DNA from: Gemmatirosa kalamazoonensis
GTDB lineage: Bacteria; Gemmatimonadota; Gemmatimonadetes; Gemmatimonadales; Gemmatimonadaceae
DNA length: 64,000 nt
NCBI RefSeq assembly: GCF_000522985.1
Contig: NZ_CP007128.1
Location: 974,220-1,038,219, forward strand
Direction: 5' to 3'
Shown here: one piece after another, positions 58,813 to 64,000 of the stretch
How positions within the stretch are numbered: position 1 is the first letter of the stretch
How the letters are laid out: each line of letters opens with the position of its first letter
The notes under the pieces: generated by a model
What the model was told of the DNA's origin: nothing
Seen by the model: only the letters and a program-made list of their open reading frames with translations
The model's database searches: none
Program-made: the position numbers and the translations under genes

Positions 58813-59753
58813 GGGCGTCCCGAAGCGTTAGGCACCACGTCGTCCGCGACGTAGCCGACGAGCCCCTTCGCCTTGAGGTCCCGCAGCGCGGCGGCGGCCT
58901 CGGCGCGCGTCGCCCAGTGGCCCACGCGCACGCGGAACGGCGGCGTGTCGGGAGCCGGCGACACGACGCGCGCCTCGATGCCGCGCTTCACGAGCCGCGC
59001 CGCGAGCGCGTCGGCGCCGCCGCGCGTGTCGTAGGCCGCAACCTGAACGCTGAAGCCGTTCGGGACGCGGGACGCGGCAGTCGGGACTCGGGACTCGGGA
59101 CTCGGGACTCGTGGGGGAGTAGTTCCCGAGTCCCGAGTCCCGAGTCCCGAGTCCCGACTCCCGACCGCCACCTTCAGCGTGCACCGCGGCACCCGCGCGC
59201 GCAGGGCGACGACCTGTCGCGCGAGATCGCCGCCCGGCTCCGCGGCGCCGGCGGCCTCGTTCAGCGCGTCGCACGCGCCGCGCGGGTCGCGTGCGTCGAG
59301 CGCGGCGCGGGCGAGCCAGTACTGCGCGCGCGCCTGCGTCGCGGCGTCGGCGTGGTCGCGGAGCAGCCGCGTGAGGTGGTCGCGCGCCGCGGCCGGCTGC
59401 CCGCGCACGAGGTCCAGCTGCGCGAGCCGCACGAGCGCGTCGGTGGCGCGCGGCGACTGCGGGTACTCCACGGCGATCTGCCGGTAGTCGCGCTCCGCGT
59501 CCGACGCGCGCTCGGCGAGCGTGGCGCGCCAGTACAGCGCCTCCGCGTACGCCGGCGTTCCCGGCGTCGCCGACGCGAGCGCGGAGTCGACGAGGATGCG
59601 GCCGAGCACCCCGTTCCCCTCGGTGACGAGGCGCCGCGCGCGCGCGAACAGCACGGCGTTGTCGTTGTCGGACGATGGGGCGCGCGACGGCTGCGCGCCG
59701 ACGGCGGTGGCCGCGAGAGTGAGCGCGACGACGACGACGGAAGGGAGACGCAT
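58809..59753 (-). CDS. TPR-like / SPOR-domain periplasmic protein
   Basis: Signal peptide. An A-rich TPR-like N-terminal region. C-terminal SPOR-like ...FSVQVAAYDTRGGADALAARLVKRGIEARVV...FRVRVGHWATRAEAAAALRDLKAKG.... The stop overlaps the mutS GTG (GTGA). Confidence 0.6.
   Translation of the reverse strand: MRLPSVVVVALTLAATAVGAQPSRAPSSDNDNAVLFARARRLVTEGNGVLGRILVDSALASATPGTPAYAEALYWRATLAERASDAERDYRQIAVEYPQSPRATDALVRLAQLDLVRGQPAAARDHLTRLLRDHADAATQARAQYWLARAALDARDPRGACDALNEAAGAAEPGGDLARQVVALRARVPRCTLKVAVGSRDSGLGTRDSGTTPPRVPSPESRVPTAASRVPNGFSVQVAAYDTRGGADALAARLVKRGIEARVVSPAPDTPPFRVRVGHWATRAEAAAALRDLKAKGLVGYVADDVVPNASGRP
59080..59168. repeat. Family-D hairpin inserted in-frame within the TPR-SPOR gene
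   Basis: Encodes ...VGSRDSGLGTRDSGTTPPRVPSPESRVPTAASRVP... in the linker between the TPR and SPOR regions. Confidence 0.7.
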
Positions 59754-59813
59754 GGAGACGGCGGGAAGCGGCGGGAGAGGACTGAGAAGATAGCCGATGG
59801 GGCGGCACTGGTG

Positions 59814-59930
59814 AGGCGGCGCTGATGCTTCGGCGCTGACGGGGCGGCGCTGAAAACGCGCGGTATCAGCGCCGCCGTTTCAGAGCCGCCTCACCAGCGC
59901 CGGTTCATCAGCGCCGCCTCATCAGCCCTC
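59814..59930. repeat. Family-H hairpin ([GGCGCTGA]x3 ... [TCAGCGCC]x3)
   Basis: Abuts the holA stop codon. Intergenic. Confidence 0.65.
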
Positions 59931-60972
59931 ACGCACACAGCGAGAGCACGAGCGACGCGAGCAGCTGCTCGTCGGTCGAGACCCGCGTCTCCTTCAGCGC
60001 CGCGTCGGCGTCGAGCAGCAGGTCGAGCGCGCGGTCGAGCGCGGGCGCCGTCCACCGATCGACCGTCGCGGTCCACGCGTTCACCGCCTCGCCCCACGGG
60101 CGTCCCGGATACGCGCCCCCTTCCTTCAGCAGCGTCCAGTACTCGCGTGCGAGCTGGCCGGGATTCGTGCCGCGCGCGCGCATCGCCTGCCCCCACGCGA
60201 GCGCGAGGAACTGCGTCGACAGCGCCATGACGACGACGACCGCCGACGCCTTCGGCTGGGACAGCACGTGGTCGACGAGACCGAGTGCCGTCGTCGCGTC
60301 GCGGCGCGCGACGGCATCGAGCAGGTCGCCGAGCGTCTCGCCGCGCCGCACGCCCACGACGTCGGCGACCGCCTGCTCGGTGACGACGGCGGCGTCGCCG
60401 ACGGCCTGGCCGCGCGCGTAGCTCGCGAGCTTGTCGAGCTCCCCCGTGAGCTGCTGCAGGTCGTTGCCGACGGCGCTGACGAGCAGGTCGGCGACGCCGG
60501 GCGCCAGCTCGGCGCCGAGCTCGCGGCGCGCGTAGGAGGCGAGCCACTCGGACAGCTTGCCGCCGTCGAGCGGCTTGAAGTCGATCACCGTCGCGCGATC
60601 GGCGAGCGTCTTGTCGGGCTTCGCGCCGGCGGGGGCGACGAGCACGAGGATCGTGTCCGACGCGGGCCGCGCGAGGTAGCGGTCGAGCGCCGCGCGGGCG
60701 TCCTTGCGCAGCCCGCCGACGTCGCGCACCGCGACGAAGCGTCGCTCGGCGAGCATCGGCGGCGTGGCGAGCAGCGATCCGAGCGTCTCGGCGTCGACCT
60801 CGGAGCCGCGGCGCACCTCGCAGTTGAAGTCGCGCGTCGCCGGCTCGACCGCCGCCTCGATCACCGCCTTCAGCGCGCCGTCCTTCCGGAAGTCGTCATC
60901 GCCGACGAACAGGTAGACGGGGTCGAACGACTTGGACTTGAGCGCGGCGTTCAGGGACTTGAGGTCGGCCAT
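59929..60972 (-). CDS. holA: DNA polymerase III subunit delta
   Basis: ...PVYLFVGDDDFRKDGALKAVIEAA... N-terminus and overall HolA-like architecture (347 aa). Confidence 0.75.
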   Translation of the reverse strand: MADLKSLNAALKSKSFDPVYLFVGDDDFRKDGALKAVIEAAVEPATRDFNCEVRRGSEVDAETLGSLLATPPMLAERRFVAVRDVGGLRKDARAALDRYLARPASDTILVLVAPAGAKPDKTLADRATVIDFKPLDGGKLSEWLASYARRELGAELAPGVADLLVSAVGNDLQQLTGELDKLASYARGQAVGDAAVVTEQAVADVVGVRRGETLGDLLDAVARRDATTALGLVDHVLSQPKASAVVVVMALSTQFLALAWGQAMRARGTNPGQLAREYWTLLKEGGAYPGRPWGEAVNAWTATVDRWTAPALDRALDLLLDADAALKETRVSTDEQLLASLVLSLCA

Positions 60973-61011
60973 GGGGCGGAAACTACGACGACGGCACGAC
61001 GACCGTCGCAG

Positions 61012-61584
61012 CTACCAGGACGCGACCATGAGCTGCGCATCCACCATGTTGGTGGGCGTCTGGTCGGCGAGGAGCGCGGCGGGCCAGACGGGGATGCCGG
61101 TGGACGCGCTCGTGACGAGCATCGGCGGGACGAGCATCGGCGGCGTCTCGGGCATCGTCGCGATGACGGGCGGCAGCTCGACGTCGCCGTCGCGATGGAG
61201 CTGGTACCACCGGTCGCCCGCGTAGGTCAGCGCGAGCAGCCCCGCGGCGACGGCGGCGAGACGCTTGCGCGCGACGGGCGACGCGATCGCGGTGCGCAGC
61301 AGCTCGGCGCGGCTCGGCGCCCAGTCGGCGGGGACGTCGTCGGGGACGACGCACCGACCGCAGCGTACGTCGTCGAGGCGCGCGGCGAGACGCGCCGAGA
61401 AGTCGTCGGAGAGCTCGATGCTCGGCAGGTTGCGCACGAGCAGGAGACTGCGCCGCACCGCCGTGTCGTGCGCCGCGCACGCCGCGCACTCCCGCACGTG
61501 ACGCTCGGCGGCCACCAGCAGCTCCCCCGGGAGCAGGTCGTCGAGAAAGGCCACGTGGTGCTTGCGGAAGCTGCGACAGTCCAT
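61012..61584 (-). CDS. Anti-sigma factor (zf-HC2 type), membrane-anchored
   Basis: MDCRSFRKHHVAFLDDLLPGELLVAAERHVRECAACAAHD carries the HxxxCxxC motif. A TM segment ...LAAVAAGLLALTYAG.... Lies downstream of rpoE. Start chosen at the internal Met, because upstream codons fall in hairpin I with poor codon usage. Confidence 0.6.
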   Translation of the reverse strand: MDCRSFRKHHVAFLDDLLPGELLVAAERHVRECAACAAHDTAVRRSLLLVRNLPSIELSDDFSARLAARLDDVRCGRCVVPDDVPADWAPSRAELLRTAIASPVARKRLAAVAAGLLALTYAGDRWYQLHRDGDVELPPVIATMPETPPMLVPPMLVTSASTGIPVWPAALLADQTPTNMVDAQLMVASW

Positions 61585-61711
61585 CGGAACGGCAGGTCGG
61601 GGGGCGAAGCGCTCGGACGAAGCGTTCGTGGGGCGCGTGAACGTGTCCCGATACCCGGCGTCGCGCAAGCAGTTCCGTTCAACTACCGACCCGTCGCTAC
61701 TACCGACCCCC

Positions 61712-61803
61712 TCCACGCTTCACGCTCCCCGCTCCACGCTCGCCATACCGTCAGGCTGGGCGAGCGTGGAGCGGGGAGCGGGGAGCCTGGAGCGTGGAGG
61801 GGC
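61712..61803. repeat. Family-I hairpin ([GCTCCAC/GCTCCCC] units; CCTCCACGCTTCACGCTCCCCGCTCCACGCTCGCC ... GGCGAGCGTGGAGCGGGGAGCGGGGAGCCTGGAGCGTGGAGG)
   Basis: Located between the rpoE stop (61811) and the anti-sigma start. Confidence 0.65.
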
Positions 61804-61810
61804 GTCGATC

Positions 61811-62449
61811 TTACTTGAGCCGCGGCTCGATGATCTCGGCGAACGAGGTGCGCGCGCGGTTGAGACGCGACTTCACCGTGCCGAGGTTGCAGTCGGTGAT
61901 CTCGGCGATCTCCTCGTACGACTTCCCTTCGAGCTCGCGGAGCACGAACACCTCGCGGTGATGCGCCGGCAGCTGGTTGACGCTCTCCTCCACCAGCTCG
62001 CGCAGGTGGCGCTTGCGATAGAGGTCGTCGGGCCGCGACGTCGTGTCCTCGAACTGCAGCGGGCGATCGTCCTCCTGCCAGTTCTTCTTGATCGTCTGGA
62101 ACAGCACGAGCGGATTGCGCGAGCGGTTGCGCAGCTCGTTCTTCGCGAGGTTCGAGGCGATCGTGTAGATCCAGGTGGAGAACTTCTTCGATCGGTCGAA
62201 GCGCCCGATGTGGCGGTACACGCGGATGAAGACCTCCTGGACGAGATCCTCGGCCTTCTCGCGGTCGCCGATCGTGCGGTAGATGAAGTTCAGCAGCCGG
62301 GTCTGATACCGGCTCACCAGCTCCTGGAACGCGCGCTCCTCCCCACCCAGGAACGCCGCCACCACGTCTCCGTCCTCGAGCGCGCGCAGCTGCTCCCGCA
62401 CCGCGGCTCCAGGCATCGAGACCTTCTGCTTGCGCGCGACGTCAGCCAT
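61811..62449 (-). CDS. rpoE: ECF sigma factor sigma-E
   Basis: Start at MADVARKQ. ...FQELVSRYQTRLLNFIYRTIGDREKAEDLVQEVFIRVYRHIGRFDRSKKFSTWIYTIASNLAKNELR... and ...VFVLRELEGKSYEEIAEITDCNLGTVKSRLNRAR... are highly conserved sigma-24 regions. Confidence 0.85.
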   Translation of the reverse strand: MADVARKQKVSMPGAAVREQLRALEDGDVVAAFLGGEERAFQELVSRYQTRLLNFIYRTIGDREKAEDLVQEVFIRVYRHIGRFDRSKKFSTWIYTIASNLAKNELRNRSRNPLVLFQTIKKNWQEDDRPLQFEDTTSRPDDLYRKRHLRELVEESVNQLPAHHREVFVLRELEGKSYEEIAEITDCNLGTVKSRLNRARTSFAEIIEPRLK

Positions 62450-62619
62450 GTCAGCTCCCTCGGAGTCCAGCGTCTCGGTCGTCCGTCCGGCATCGGAGCC
62501 CGGTCGGGTCTCCCTGCCTCCCACCCGTGATAAGGCAGGGGGCATGCCCGCCGGGTCGATTGGGGAACGGCCGTTTAACTTGCGTTCCCATAATGACTTA
62601 CGACCCTGGCGCGGACGAC

Positions 62620-62648
62620 GTAATATACCGAATCTTTCCCGAAATGTC
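62620..62648 (-). promoter_or_regulatory. Sigma70-like promoter candidate (TGGACA-17-TATATT) in the AT-richer leader upstream of rpoE
   Basis: The minus-strand reading gives TGGACAtttcgggaaagattcggTATATT, about 170 nt upstream of the rpoE ATG. A GGGAG SD lies 7 nt before the start. Confidence 0.3.
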
Positions 62649-62794
62649 CACCCTGGGCGACACTGCTGAGGACACTACGAGGACCCGCCGATCGAAGTTA
62701 CCAGGGGCGCTCCCCCCTTCGCCCAGGATCACACCCCAGCCGGCGAACCCCCTCATCCTTTGAATGCCCGAGCGGGTCCGTTCATTCCCGACCC

Positions 62795-63349
62795 TCACCG
62801 GCCTGCCCGGAACCCCGCCGCGAAGAGCAGGCCGCACACCGTCTTACTGTCCGATATGTCGCCCCGTCTCACCATCTCCAGCGCCTGCGACAGCGACACG
62901 CGCTCGACCGTGAGGAACTCGTCGTGCTCGTGGCGCGTCTCCCCCATGGTGAGTCCGACGGCCATGAAGAGATGGATGCGTTCGTCGCAGAAGCCCGGTG
63001 TTGTAACGATCGTCGTGAGCTTTTCGACACGCTCAGCCGTACAACCGGTTTCCTCCTCGAGCTCGCGCCGAGCGCAGACGGCGGGATCCTCGCCGGCGTC
63101 GAGCCGACCCGCCGGGATCTCGTAGATGTAGCCGCCCGCCGCGTATCGATACTGCTTTATCAGCAGTAGCTGCGGGTCGTCACCGGCGGGGTCGCTGAGG
63201 AACGGCACCACCGCGCTCGCGCCCGGATGACGGAAGATCTCGAGCTCGCCGGTCGACCCGTCGGGGAAGCGCACGGTGTCGACGTCGAGGTTGACGATGC
63301 GCCCGGTGTGGACGCGACGGGAAGCGATCTGGCCGGGCTCGATGTCCAT
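62795..63349 (-). CDS. NUDIX hydrolase (ADP-ribose pyrophosphatase-like)
   Basis: Start at MDIEPGQIASRR. Nudix box ...GRLDAGEDPAVCARRELEEETG.... The upstream codons of track ORF 62795..63709 are hairpin C3 read-through. Confidence 0.75.
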   Translation of the reverse strand: MDIEPGQIASRRVHTGRIVNLDVDTVRFPDGSTGELEIFRHPGASAVVPFLSDPAGDDPQLLLIKQYRYAAGGYIYEIPAGRLDAGEDPAVCARRELEEETGCTAERVEKLTTIVTTPGFCDERIHLFMAVGLTMGETRHEHDEFLTVERVSLSQALEMVRRGDISDSKTVCGLLFAAGFRAGR

Positions 63350-63354
63350 GTGTG

Positions 63355-63460
63355 GTGAGGGCAGGAGGGCAGGAAACGAGGGCAGGAGGGCAGGAGGGCG
63401 CGAGGGCAGGAGAGCATCGGACTCTCCTGCCCTCGCGCCCTCCTGCCCTCCTGCCCTCGC
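63355..63460. repeat. Family-C hairpin
   Basis: GGCAGGAG units (x5) ... CTCCTGCC units (x4), between the NUDIX start and the SET-domain gene stop. Confidence 0.75.
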
Positions 63461-63462
63461 CG

Positions 63463-63975
63463 TTAGGCGCGACCGCGCTTCGCGGCGGACTTCTTCTTCG
63501 CCCGCTTCCGCTTCGGCGGGGCGAGGATGGTGCCGCGGCACTTCGCGGTGCCGCACCGGCACGCGTAGAACTCCTCGTCCTCCTTCGTGTGATCCGGGCG
63601 CCGCTCGTACTGGTAGTCGTACGTCAGCTCGGAGCCTGGCTGGATGTTCTTCTTCGCGTAGATGAAGATGTGCGGCCCCTCGATGATCGCCTCGCAGTTG
63701 GGGTCGCACGAATGGTTGATGTAGCGCGACTCGTTGCCGCCGCGCTTCCCGTCGACCACGGTGTCGTCGTCGAGCGTGAACAGGAACGTGTGGTGGCGTC
63801 CCATCCCCGACTCCTCGTACCGGCGGTCGCCCTCGTCGGGCGTGATGTGCTCGCCCGTGTACTCGATGATGCGCTGACCAGGGCGGATGCGGCGCGTGGC
63901 GAACGCGCCACGTCCCTGGATGGTCGACTTGCGGATCTCGAACGGCAGATCGGAGCGGGGCGTGGCCTTCGGCAC
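63463..63975 (-). CDS. SET-domain protein (putative protein-lysine methyltransferase)
   Basis: ...RGAFATRRIRPGQRIIEYTGEHI...ESRYINHSCDPNCEA...GSELTYDY...ACRCGTAKCRG... shows the NHSC and post-SET Cys motifs. Lys/Arg-rich C-terminal tail. Confidence 0.75.
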   Translation of the reverse strand: MPKATPRSDLPFEIRKSTIQGRGAFATRRIRPGQRIIEYTGEHITPDEGDRRYEESGMGRHHTFLFTLDDDTVVDGKRGGNESRYINHSCDPNCEAIIEGPHIFIYAKKNIQPGSELTYDYQYERRPDHTKEDEEFYACRCGTAKCRGTILAPPKRKRAKKKSAAKRGRA

Positions 63976-64000
63976 GGCGAGGAGTTCGGATGAGATGGGG

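Noticed and set aside
61585-61716. Longer anti-sigma ORF starting at 61716 (MEGVGSSDG...).
   Set aside because: The upstream codons lie inside hairpin family I and use rare codons (gta, gtt, gaa, ttg, agt). The internal Met at 61584 begins the conserved zf-HC2 N-terminus.
62450-62700. ECF-type autoregulated promoter (GGAAC-N16-GTCTAA) upstream of rpoE.
   Set aside because: A GGGAAC is present at about 62563, but no matching -10 (TCTGA/GTCTAA) lies at the proper spacing. Only a sigma70-like TGGACA/TATATT pair could be supported.
54264-63460. Short tandem repeats (GGCAGGAG, GGGACTC, GCAGAGGAC, etc.) that could superficially look like a CRISPR array.
   Set aside because: The copies are 7-9 nt units directly abutting one another, arranged as inverted arrays forming a hairpin. 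They are not about 30-nt direct repeats separated by unique spacers. No cas genes are present.

Overview
This is a very GC-rich (about 70-72%) bacterial chromosomal window, gene-dense on both strands. The protein repertoire (several TPR or beta-propeller Ser/Thr kinases, ECF sigma factors, many lipoproteins) fits a Gemmatimonadetes- or Actinobacteria-like organism. The taxon assignment is a guess.

Gene content:
- About 1-25.7 kb is a large exopolysaccharide biosynthesis locus: Wza-like exporter, at least seven glycosyltransferases, two Gfo/Idh/MocA oxidoreductases, a sulfotransferase-like gene, a pyruvyl transferase, AsnB plus three AsnB/PP-loop amidotransferase-like genes (one frameshifted), an FAD oxidoreductase and an embedded TPR Ser/Thr kinase.
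- Next comes a tRNA-Asp / HNH endonuclease / interrupted tRNA-Asp-like locus.
- After that: a PQQ quinohemoprotein dehydrogenase, an NfeD-flotillin operon and an ECF sigma factor coupled to a Ser/Thr kinase.
- The 3' third carries housekeeping genes (ddl, CBS-type cystathionine beta-synthase, mutS, holA, rpoE plus anti-sigma, queF, tRNA-Phe), several secreted peptidases and a bacterial SET-domain protein.

Unusual signals:
1. At least nine families of roughly 70-190 nt hairpin elements whose two arms are 2-4 tandem copies of a 7-11 nt unit. They sit precisely between stop codons or start/stop pairs. Two copies are inserted in-frame inside mutS and inside a TPR-SPOR gene.
2. The 7-8-mer (C)GTTAGGC / GCCTAAC(G) is strongly over-represented, about 51 copies or roughly 1 per 1.25 kb. 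It forces the otherwise near-forbidden TTA Leu codon (TTA-GGC, Leu-Gly) into housekeeping genes.
3. A tRNA-Asp-like gene carries a structured insertion of about 60 nt in its anticodon loop.
4. A (CG)5-associated frameshift lies in one of two convergent paralogous PP-loop genes.
5. A G10 homopolymer sits in a divergent promoter region.

No CRISPR array, integrase or transposase was seen.
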